A stretch of DNA of 64,000 nucleotides from Candidatus Limnocylindria bacterium (GTDB lineage Bacteria > Chloroflexota > Limnocylindria > QHBO01). Of this stretch, positions 56,724 through 64,000 are shown one piece after another; the stretch's first letter is position 1, and the number at the start of each line of letters is the position of its first letter. Under the pieces are notes generated by a model. The model was not told where the DNA came from. It worked only from the letters and a program-made list of their open reading frames with translations, and did not search any database. The translations under genes were made by a program, and so were the position numbers. The stretch spans positions 876 to 64,875 of the forward strand of contig DATCOX010000028.1 in the NCBI GenBank assembly GCA_036564495.1, in the 5' to 3' direction.

Positions 56724-57857
56724 GTGAACCGGGACTTCATCGGAGCCTTGCTCCAGCTGAACGCTGAGAAGGGCGTTCCCCAGGAGATCCTGATCGAGAC
56801 CCTGGAGCAGGCGATCGAATCCGCCTATCGCCGCAACGCCGATGCGCCGGAGAACGTCGTGGTGCGCGTCGACCCCGAGTCCGGCCAGATCAGCGTGTAC
56901 CGCGAGTACGAGGTCGTGGCGACCCCGGACGAGGTCGAGGATCCCGAGCTCCAGATGCTGGTCGGCGCGGCACAGAAGATCGACCCCGCCACCGGGGTGG
57001 GGGCGAAGGTCCGGGTCCCCGAGAACGTCACCCAGGCGCAGCTCGGCCGCATCGCCGCGCAGACCGCGGGGCAGGTGTACCGACAGCGCCTGCGTGAGGC
57101 GGAGCGCGACGTGGTCTACAGCCAGTACGCCAGCCGCGAGGGCGAGATCATGACCGGCGTGGTGCATCGCACCACCGACCAGGCGGTCGTGCTCGACCTG
57201 GGCAAGGGGGTCGAGGCGGTCCTTGCCGTCAGCGAGCAGCTCCCGGGCGAGCACTACCGCATCGGCCAGCACCTGAAGGTCTACGTGCTCGAGGTCCGTC
57301 GCACGACCCGCGGCCCGGTGCTCGTCGTGAGCCGCACGCATCGTGGCTTCCTGCGCCGCGTGATGGAGATGGAGATCCCCGAGATCTACAACGGCACGGT
57401 CGTGATCCGCGGCATCGCACGCGAGGCGGGCAGCCGCTCGAAGGTCGCGGTCGAGAGCCGGCAGGTCGGCGTCGACGCCAAGGGCGCGGCGGTGGGCCAG
57501 CGCGGGGCGCGGATCCAGGCGATCGTGGCCGAGCTGAACGGCGAGAAGGTGGACGTGGTCCTGTGGAATGAGGATCCGGCACAGTTCGTCGCGGAGGCAC
57601 TCTCGCCCGCCGAGGTCCTCAACGTGCGGATCGACGAAGAGCACAAGATCGCCAACGTGGTCGTCCCCGAGCGTCAGCTGTCGCTGGCGATCGGCAAGGA
57701 GGGCCAGAACGCGCGCCTCGCCGCGAAGCTGACCGGCTGGCGCATCGACATTCGCTCGGACGCCGGGGTGGCCACTGCCGCCGCCGCGCACGGCAGCGCG
57801 CCGGACGATGGCGCAACCCCGCAGGAGGCGCCGGTCGATGCCGAAGCGGAGGCCTGA
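56724..57857 (+). CDS. nusA: Transcription termination/antitermination factor NusA (no C-terminal AR repeats)
   Basis: N-terminal domain, S1 and two KH domains; GTG start. Confidence 0.9.
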   Translation: MNRDFIGALLQLNAEKGVPQEILIETLEQAIESAYRRNADAPENVVVRVDPESGQISVYREYEVVATPDEVEDPELQMLVGAAQKIDPATGVGAKVRVPENVTQAQLGRIAAQTAGQVYRQRLREAERDVVYSQYASREGEIMTGVVHRTTDQAVVLDLGKGVEAVLAVSEQLPGEHYRIGQHLKVYVLEVRRTTRGPVLVVSRTHRGFLRRVMEMEIPEIYNGTVVIRGIAREAGSRSKVAVESRQVGVDAKGAAVGQRGARIQAIVAELNGEKVDVVLWNEDPAQFVAEALSPAEVLNVRIDEEHKIANVVVPERQLSLAIGKEGQNARLAAKLTGWRIDIRSDAGVATAAAAHGSAPDDGATPQEAPVDAEAEA

Positions 57858-58110
57858 GCACCAGCCGCTGCGGACCTGCGCGGTCTGTCGCGAGGTGCAC
57901 CCGAAGCGGTCGATGACTCGCGTCGTTCGGCGCCCCGATGGAGCCATCGCGTTCGACGCGACCGGCAAGGCGCCGGGGCGCGGCACGTACCTCTGCGACC
58001 AGGCCAGCTGCCGCGATCCGAAGCTCCTGGCCGAGGGGATCCAGCGGGCATTGGGCGGCACGGTCGCGATTGATCAGCTCCTGGCCGAGGTGAGCCATGC
58101 CTCCGCGTAG
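57838..58110 (+). CDS. ylxR: YlxR/DUF448 RNA-binding protein
   Basis: PLRTCAVCR...GRGTYLC motif; conserved nusA-ylxR-infB synteny. Confidence 0.8.
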   Translation: MPKRRPEHQPLRTCAVCREVHPKRSMTRVVRRPDGAIAFDATGKAPGRGTYLCDQASCRDPKLLAEGIQRALGGTVAIDQLLAEVSHASA

Positions 58111-60007
58111 ATACCAGCCGCGCCGCGGCCCACGCCCACAGCGCCGCCGTGATGGCGGTCCAGAGGGCGGATTGGCGGTCGAGACCCAGCCGGTCGTTCC
58201 GCGGGGCGGAGCCCCTGTGGAGCTGCCGTCCTCCGTCTCGGTCAAGGACCTGGCCGCGGCGCTGACCGTCAGCCACGCCGACGTCATCAAGGAGCTGATC
58301 CGGAACGGGATCTTCGCCACCATCAACCAGTCGATCGACTTCGACACCGCCTCGCTCGTGGCCGGCGAGCTCGGGATCGAGACGGTCGAGCGCGGCATCG
58401 CCCAGCGCGCGGCCGCAGAGGCGGCGTCGAATCAGGAGATCGTCGCGCCCGGCAGCGAGGAGGAGGGCGGCGGCAAGCGGGTCCTCTTCACCGAGGAGGA
58501 CGCGGCCGACCTCGTCACCCGCGCCCCGATCGTAACGATCATGGGCCACGTCGATCACGGCAAGACGAGCCTGCTCGACGCGATCCGCAGCACGTCGGTG
58601 GCGGCTGCCGAGCGCGGCGGCATCACCCAGCACATCGGCGCGTCCGAGGTCGAGCACAACGGCAAGCGGATCGTGTTCCTTGACACTCCCGGTCACGAGG
58701 CATTCACCGCCATGCGCGCGCGCGGCGCCCAGGTCACCGACATCGCGATCATCGTGGTCGCCGCCGACGACGGGGTGATGCCGCAGACCAAGGAGGCGAT
58801 CGACCACGTGCGGGCCGCCCGCGTGCCGATGATCGTGGCGATCAACAAGATCGACAAGGCCGATGCCAACCCCGACCGAGTGAAGCAGGAGCTCGCCGAC
58901 AACAAGGTCCTCATCGAGGAGTTCGGCGGGGACGTCATCGCGGTGCCGGTCTCGGCCAAGCAGAAGATCGGGCTCGACGACCTGATGGAGATGATCCTGC
59001 TGGTCGCCGACCTGCAGGACCTCAAGGCGAACCCGAAGCGCCCCGCCATCGGCACCATCATCGAGTCGAAGGTTGCCAAGGGTCGCGGCAACGTGGCAAC
59101 CGTGCTGGTGCAGACCGGGACGCTGAAGATCGGCGACGTGGTCACGGTCGGGAGGACCTTCGGACGGGTGCGCGCTCTCCAGAACGCCGCCGGCAAGCGC
59201 GTCAAGGAGGCGGGGCCCGCGACAGCGGTGGAGATCATCGGCGTCACCGACCTGCCGGAGGCCGGTGACATCCTGCGCGTCGTCGCCGACGAGAAGACCG
59301 CCCGCGACATGGCCGAGGCGGTCGAGCAGGCGGCGACATCCGGCGACGGCAAGACGGCCTTCACGCTCGAGGACATCAGCGCCCAGATCCAGGCCTCCGA
59401 AGTCAAGGAGCTGCGGGTCGTGCTCAAGACCGACGTGCAGGGATCGCTCGGGGCGATCCGGCACGCACTCGAGCGGCTCAACATGGCGGAGGTCCGGATC
59501 AACATCGTCAGCGAAGGGGCCGGCGACATCAACGAGTCGGACGTCCAGCTGGCGAGCGCGTCGGAGGCGGTCGTCATCGGCTTCAACACCCGGCTCGACC
59601 CGGGCGCGCAGCGCGCCGTCGACGCCCTCGGCGTGGACGTCCGCCTGTATGACGTCATCTACAAGCTGACCGATGACCTGGGCGCGGCACTCAGCGGCAT
59701 GCTGACCCCCAAGCAGGTCGAGCAGATCGAGGGCCATGCCGAGGTGCGGATGGTGATCAAGGCCGGCAAGGCCGGCAACGTCGCCGGCTCGTACGTCGTC
59801 GACGGGCGGATCGTGCGCGGGGGGCAGGTCCGTCTCTTCCGCGGCGGCCAGGTCGTGGCGGAGGGCCGGGTCGAGTCGCTCAAGCGCTTCAAGGATGACG
59901 TCCGCGAGGTGGCGACCGGCTTCGAGTGCGGGATCGGCCTCGGCAGCATCGAGATCGCTGAGGGCGACCTGATCGAGTGCTACCAGATGGTGGCCGAGCA
60001 GGCGTGA
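58097..60007 (+). CDS. infB: Translation initiation factor IF-2
   Basis: GTPase motifs (GHVDHGKTS, DTPGHEAF, NKID) plus IF2 C-terminal domains. Confidence 0.9.
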   Translation: MPPRRYQPRRGPRPQRRRDGGPEGGLAVETQPVVPRGGAPVELPSSVSVKDLAAALTVSHADVIKELIRNGIFATINQSIDFDTASLVAGELGIETVERGIAQRAAAEAASNQEIVAPGSEEEGGGKRVLFTEEDAADLVTRAPIVTIMGHVDHGKTSLLDAIRSTSVAAAERGGITQHIGASEVEHNGKRIVFLDTPGHEAFTAMRARGAQVTDIAIIVVAADDGVMPQTKEAIDHVRAARVPMIVAINKIDKADANPDRVKQELADNKVLIEEFGGDVIAVPVSAKQKIGLDDLMEMILLVADLQDLKANPKRPAIGTIIESKVAKGRGNVATVLVQTGTLKIGDVVTVGRTFGRVRALQNAAGKRVKEAGPATAVEIIGVTDLPEAGDILRVVADEKTARDMAEAVEQAATSGDGKTAFTLEDISAQIQASEVKELRVVLKTDVQGSLGAIRHALERLNMAEVRINIVSEGAGDINESDVQLASASEAVVIGFNTRLDPGAQRAVDALGVDVRLYDVIYKLTDDLGAALSGMLTPKQVEQIEGHAEVRMVIKAGKAGNVAGSYVVDGRIVRGGQVRLFRGGQVVAEGRVESLKRFKDDVREVATGFECGIGLGSIEIAEGDLIECYQMVAEQA

Positions 60008-60017
60008 CCCGCTGCGG

Positions 60018-60371
60018 ATGAGCCAGCGGACCGATCGACTCGACAGCCAGATCCGCCAGGAACTGATGGGCCTGCTGCAGCGTGAGATGAAGGATCCGCG
60101 CCTTGGCTTCGCCACGATCACCCGCGTCGAGACGGCACGCGACCTCGGCCATGCTCGGGTCTGGGTGAGCGTCCTGGGCAGCGATGCGGAGCGCGAGCGC
60201 ACGATGAACGCGCTGCGAGTGGCGACGCCATGGCTGCGCCGCCGGCTCGGGGAGCTGCTCTCCCTGCGGCATGTCCCGGAGCTCAGCGTCCGCGAGGACG
60301 AGTCGATCGCCTCGGGCGACCGCATCCTGCAGATCCTCCAGGAGCTCGACGACGAGGCGGGGGAGCCATAG
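60018..60371 (+). CDS. rbfA: Ribosome-binding factor A
   Basis: RbfA KH-like signature. Confidence 0.85.
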   Translation: MSQRTDRLDSQIRQELMGLLQREMKDPRLGFATITRVETARDLGHARVWVSVLGSDAERERTMNALRVATPWLRRRLGELLSLRHVPELSVREDESIASGDRILQILQELDDEAGEP

Positions 60372-61348
60372 TGCTCGACGTCGCCGAGGTGCTGCGGGGC
60401 GCGCAGCGCATCACCGCCTTCTGCCATGAGAACCCCGATGGAGACACCCTGGGTGCCGGGATCGCGATCGCCATCGCCGCGGAGCGGCTCGGCAAGCAGG
60501 CCGAGGTGGTGTGCGTCGACCCGCCGCCCCCCTTCCTCGCCTTCCTTCCAGGAGTCGAGCGCGTTCGCCGCGCCCCCGGACTTGAGCCGGACGTGGCGGT
60601 GGTGGTCGATGCCGGCGAGCTGAGCCGCATCGGAGCGGTGGCCACCGAGCAGGCGGCGTGGTTGGCGCGCGCCCGGATCGTGAATATCGACCACCACGTC
60701 AGCAATCCGGGCTACGGCGAGGCGGTCTGGATCGACGCGGAGGCGGCCGCCACCTGCGAGATGGTGACCCTGCTCCTGGCCGAGCTCGGCGTCCCCCTCG
60801 ACGCCGAGCTGGCCACGGCGCTGATGGCGGGGATCGTCCAGGACACGCACACCTTCGCCCATCCGAACGCCACCCCTCGGACGCTCCGCGTCGCCGCCGA
60901 CCTCGTGGCAGCCGGGGCGCCGCTCTCCGCCATCAACCGCGCCGTCTACGCCGATAAGCCCTTCGGCACGCTCGCCCTGTGGGGCCTGATGCTGGCCGGC
61001 ATCGACCAGCGGACAGACGGGCGGATCGTCTTCGCCTCGATGACTTTGGCGATGCTTGCGAGCACCGGAGAGCAGCCGACGGCGTCCGAGGGGTTCGTGG
61101 ACCTGCTCGGCTCGAGCCGGCTGGCGGACGTGACGATCCTCTTCAAGGAGGTGGGACCGGCGGAGACCCGCGTCAGCGTTCGGACCAGCTCGCGAGCGGA
61201 CGCGGTCACGATCGCGGCGGCGTTCGGCGGTGGCGGGCATCCCCGCGCCGCCGGCTGCACGGTCAACGCGCCGCTGGAAGCTGCGTGCGAGGCGGTTCTG
61301 GCGGAGGCCGAGCGCGAGCTGGCCCGCGGCGATGCTCGGGGTCGTTAA
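60371..61348 (+). CDS. nrnA: DHH-family phosphoesterase (NrnA-like oligoribonuclease/pAp phosphatase)
   Basis: DHH motifs (HENPDGDTLG, DHH) plus DHHA1 domain with GGGH. Confidence 0.8.
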   Translation: MLDVAEVLRGAQRITAFCHENPDGDTLGAGIAIAIAAERLGKQAEVVCVDPPPPFLAFLPGVERVRRAPGLEPDVAVVVDAGELSRIGAVATEQAAWLARARIVNIDHHVSNPGYGEAVWIDAEAAATCEMVTLLLAELGVPLDAELATALMAGIVQDTHTFAHPNATPRTLRVAADLVAAGAPLSAINRAVYADKPFGTLALWGLMLAGIDQRTDGRIVFASMTLAMLASTGEQPTASEGFVDLLGSSRLADVTILFKEVGPAETRVSVRTSSRADAVTIAAAFGGGGHPRAAGCTVNAPLEAACEAVLAEAERELARGDARGR

Positions 61349-62219
61349 CCTCGACAAGCCGGTCGGGCCGACCTCGCACGACATGGTCGACCTGGTCCGC
61401 CGCCTGAGCGGGATGCGCCGCATCGGGCACGCCGGCACGCTCGATCCGCTCGCCTCGGGGGTGCTGCCGATCCTGGTTGGTGCGGCGACCCGCTTCAGTG
61501 ACGATCTGACCGGTGGGAAGAAGCGATACGAGGCGGTCATCCGGCTGGGGATCCGGTCGGCGACCGATGACGCACAGGGACCGCTCGAGAGCGTGGCCCC
61601 ACCGCCGGCGCTCGAGGTCGTCAGCGCGGCGCTCGAGACGTTCGTCGGGACCTTCGAGCAGCGGCCGCCGGCCTTCTCCGCGCGCAAGAGCGGGGGCGTG
61701 ATCGCCCATCGGGCGGCGCGCGCCGGCAGCCCGGTCGAGGCGCCGCCTCGCCGGGTCACGGTGGCCGCCATCGACCTGCTGGCGTCAGAGGCCGGCGACG
61801 GCTGGCTCGACCTCCGATGCGACATCCGCTGCGGCGCCGGCACCTACATCCGCTCGATCGCGCGTGACCTGGGGGAGCGGCTGGGATGCGGCGGCCACCT
61901 GCACGCCCTGCGCCGCACCGAGGCAGCGGGCCTGCGCGTCGACGACGCCGTCACGCCCGACCGCCTCGACGAGCTGGCCGCCGCCGGCCGGCTGGGGGAG
62001 GCGATCCTTCCGGTCGGGCCGCTCCTCCACCTTCCTGAGCTGCGCCTCGATGCCGAGGGAGCGGGCCGCTTCACGCACGGGTCCGCGGTCCGGGTGTCGG
62101 GGAGCGACCAGGTGGGTCGCCATCTCGTCTTCGGCGATGCCGGACTGCTGGGGATCGGCCTGCTGCGTGACGGCCTCCTCGAGCCGCGCACGGTGATCGA
62201 GGGGCAGGGACAGGCGTGA
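61332..62219 (+). CDS. truB: tRNA pseudouridine55 synthase
   Basis: GVVNLDKP...GHAGTLDPLA catalytic Asp motif. Confidence 0.9.
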   Translation: MLGVVNLDKPVGPTSHDMVDLVRRLSGMRRIGHAGTLDPLASGVLPILVGAATRFSDDLTGGKKRYEAVIRLGIRSATDDAQGPLESVAPPPALEVVSAALETFVGTFEQRPPAFSARKSGGVIAHRAARAGSPVEAPPRRVTVAAIDLLASEAGDGWLDLRCDIRCGAGTYIRSIARDLGERLGCGGHLHALRRTEAAGLRVDDAVTPDRLDELAAAGRLGEAILPVGPLLHLPELRLDAEGAGRFTHGSAVRVSGSDQVGRHLVFGDAGLLGIGLLRDGLLEPRTVIEGQGQA

Positions 62220-63160
62220 GCGTCCAGGCGCGGGTCGCCGGGCTGACGGAGCTGCCGTCGATCGGGCCCGCCGTCGTCACGATGGGGGTCTTCGACGGGG
62301 TGCACCTCGGCCATCGGGCCGTGCTGGAAGCGACGCGCGAGGCGGCCGCCGAACGGGGGATCGGCAGCGTGGCCCTCGTCTTCGACCCGCCGCCGGACGA
62401 GGTCCTTCGCCCGGGCACGCGCGTGCCACGCCTGGCGCCGCTCGCCGTGAACCTGTCGCGCATCGAGGACCTTGGGGTCGACCACGCCGTGGCGATCCGC
62501 TTCGACGAACCGTTGCGCGCGTTGACCGCAGAGGAGTTCCTTGGTGCGCTTTGGCCCGCCGTCGAGCTGAGGGGCCTGGTGATGTCCGGCCGGAGCGCCT
62601 TCGGGCGCGACCGCGACGGCACCCCGGCCCGGATGCAGGAGCTGGGCGCCGAGCGTGGCTTCGCCGTGCCGCTGGTCGAGCCGGTCGAGGTGGGCGGCAC
62701 GCTCGTCTCGTCGACGCGCGTCCGCGAAGCGATCGCGGCGGGCGACGTGGAGGGGGCGCGAGCGCTCGGCGTCGCGCCGTACCTCGAGGGAATCGTGGTC
62801 GAGGGCGACCGGCGTGGGCGCGAGCTCGGCTTTCCGACCGCCAACCTGCGCTTCGGCTACACGCCGGCTCTGCCGTCGCTGGGCATCTACGCCGGCCGCG
62901 TCACGGAGGCGGGGACTGGGGTCAGTGCGGGGCACCCGGCCCTGATCGCCGTCGGCACCCGGCCCACGTTCCACGATACGCCCGACGTCCTGGTGGAGGT
63001 CCATCTGCTCGACTTCGACGGCGACCTGTACGGCGTTCGGCTGGGGGTGGAGCTCGCGACCCGGCTCCGTGACGAGCGCCGCTTCCCGGACGCATCGGCG
63101 CTCGTCGCCCAGATGCGGTTGGACGCCGCGATGGGTCGTGCGGCGCTCGGTCTGGGCTGA
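62216..63160 (+). CDS. ribF: Bifunctional riboflavin kinase/FMN adenylyltransferase
   Basis: GVFDGVHLGH nucleotidyltransferase motif plus riboflavin-kinase PTAN motif. Confidence 0.9.
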   Translation: MSVQARVAGLTELPSIGPAVVTMGVFDGVHLGHRAVLEATREAAAERGIGSVALVFDPPPDEVLRPGTRVPRLAPLAVNLSRIEDLGVDHAVAIRFDEPLRALTAEEFLGALWPAVELRGLVMSGRSAFGRDRDGTPARMQELGAERGFAVPLVEPVEVGGTLVSSTRVREAIAAGDVEGARALGVAPYLEGIVVEGDRRGRELGFPTANLRFGYTPALPSLGIYAGRVTEAGTGVSAGHPALIAVGTRPTFHDTPDVLVEVHLLDFDGDLYGVRLGVELATRLRDERRFPDASALVAQMRLDAAMGRAALGLG

Positions 63161-63240
63161 ATCCGAGGCGGGCCGTCGGCGTCGGAGGCATCGGTCTGGT
63201 ACGATGCGGCGGAATAGTGGAATGAAAAGTGGAGGAATAC

Positions 63241-63510
63241 GTGCCGCTCGCCGGAGACACGAAGAGCGCGATCATGGACGACTACGCCACACACGATGGC
63301 GACACCGGGTCCCCCGAGGTGCAGATCGCTCTCCTCACCGAGCGCATCAAGTCGCTGACGGAGCACCTGCGCACCTACCAGAACGACAACCATTCGCGCC
63401 GCGGGCTGCTCAAGCTCGTCGGTCAGCGCCGAAGGCTGCTGGCCTACCTCGTCCGCAATGACGTGGATCGCTATCGCGCGGTGATCGGTCGGCTGGGACT
63501 GCGCCGCTAA
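63241..63510 (+). CDS. rpsO: 30S ribosomal protein S15
   Basis: [16 protein letters not shown]...HSRRGLL...; GGAGGA RBS then GTG. Confidence 0.9.
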   Translation: MPLAGDTKSAIMDDYATHDGDTGSPEVQIALLTERIKSLTEHLRTYQNDNHSRRGLLKLVGQRRRLLAYLVRNDVDRYRAVIGRLGLRR

Positions 63511-63736
63511 TCACGCACTCGTCGCAACGACGAACCGGGAGTCAGATCGTCCCGGTCTCGCCTGAATCCGGCCTCTCATTCGTGCCGGACCCATGGATGC
63601 CGACGGCATCCGCCAATCAGCAGCCATCCGCGCCTGCAAAGGCCGCCGCCCGCCACCCCGAACCGATCGGGGTCCGTGTGCGGGCCGAGCGCCGGGTCGC
63701 ATGGCACCATCAGGACACTTGGAGGAATCAGTGGCA
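63511..63736 (+). promoter_or_regulatory. pnp 5' leader with multiple GC hairpins (likely RNase III/autoregulatory region and rpsO terminator)
   Basis: Hairpins cgtcg-caa-cgacg, ccggga-gtcagatcg-tcccgg and the perfect palindrome ggatgcc-gac-ggcatcc; GGAGGA RBS before pnp. Confidence 0.35.
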
Positions 63737-64000
63737 ATGAAAGTAGAGGCCGACATCGGCGGCCAGCCCTTCTCGTTCGAGGCGGGCAAGCTCGCCGAGC
63801 AGGCCGACGGCGCGGTCCTCGTCCGCTACGGGGACACCGTGCTTCTGGCGACGGCGGTCTCCGCCGAGCCGCGCGAGGGGATCGACTTCTTCCCCATGAC
63901 GGTCGACTACGAGGAGCGCATGTACGCCGCGGGCAAGATCCCCGGCGGGTTCATCAAGCGTGAGTCGCGGCCTTCAGAGGCGGCCATCCTGGCGATGCGC
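63737..64000 (+). CDS. pnp: Polyribonucleotide nucleotidyltransferase (5' partial; runs off the window)
   Basis: [41 protein letters not shown]... N-terminal RNase PH domain; not in the ORF track because it has no stop. Confidence 0.85.
   Translation, partial: MKVEADIGGQPFSFEAGKLAEQADGAVLVRYGDTVLLATAVSAEPREGIDFFPMTVDYEERMYAAGKIPGGFIKRESRPSEAAILAMR

Noticed and set aside
57674-61843. 1389-aa ORF on the minus strand (and similar giants at 21811-23913, 37174-40008, 40866-43088)
   Set aside because: Antisense to nusA, infB, nrnA, priA, smc and ffh; low-complexity R/P/G/A composition; GC-frame artefacts.
1-64000. CRISPR arrays, rRNA genes, IS elements or transposases
   Set aside because: No regularly spaced short repeats, no rRNA-like conserved stretches and no transposase-like ORFs detected by eye; the only repeats are the tRNA-Cys att copies, the LysM duplication and the rpsP 15-mer.

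Overview
64-kb window from a high-GC (about 70%) bacterial chromosome. Gene order and a T-box leader on ileS fit an Actinobacteria/Chloroflexi-like (Terrabacteria) lineage; the taxon cannot be fixed from sequence alone.

Layout:
- 241-632: tRNA cluster Phe(GAA), Gly(GCC), Gln(UUG), Cys(GCA).
- 584-6590: the 3' half of tRNA-Cys plus about 16 nt of downstream flank recurs as a direct repeat at 5169-5232 and, more diverged, at 6533-6590. This is the classic att signature of two tandem integrated islets, yet no integrase, excisionase or transposase is detectable.
- Islet 1 (633-5232) carries a minus-strand cassette: GerE/LuxR-type HTH regulator, BBE-like FAD-linked oxidase, a small coiled-coil protein and a 4-TM membrane protein.
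- Islet 2 (5233-6590) carries a single DoxX-membrane-domain::Rieske [2Fe-2S] fusion.
- 6675-9476: a secreted Cys-containing hypothetical, a membrane hypothetical, tRNA-Leu(UAA), and an orphan CpaE/TadZ-like pseudo-receiver/ParA-MinD ATPase with a degenerate Walker A.
- 9676-64000: a very compact housekeeping supercluster with many 1-4 nt start/stop overlaps:
  - rpsF-ssb-rpsR, CaCA antiporter, ilvE;
  - a processive GT2-like membrane glycosyltransferase plus a PH-domain membrane protein;
  - T-box-ileS-lspA-rluD-gmk-priA-def-fmt, YugP peptidase, rlmN-rpe, a lipoprotein, dtd, rpmB(-), recG-rsmD-coaD, DUF177-rpmF-plsX-[NusB-like]-acpP-rnc-smc-ftsY-ffh;
  - DUF3352, rpsP-KH-rimM-trmD-rplS-rnhB-yraN, LysM/SLT(-), rpsB-tsf-pyrH-frr-uppS-cdsA-dxr-rseP;
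  - an attenuator-bearing leader then nusA-ylxR-infB-rbfA-nrnA-truB-ribF-rpsO and the pnp 5' end.

No CRISPR array, rRNA or obvious transposon was found. Rare AT-rich TATACT/TATAAT hexamers mark likely sigma-A -10 boxes. The most unusual locus is the pair of integrase-less tRNA-Cys islets carrying redox cargo.
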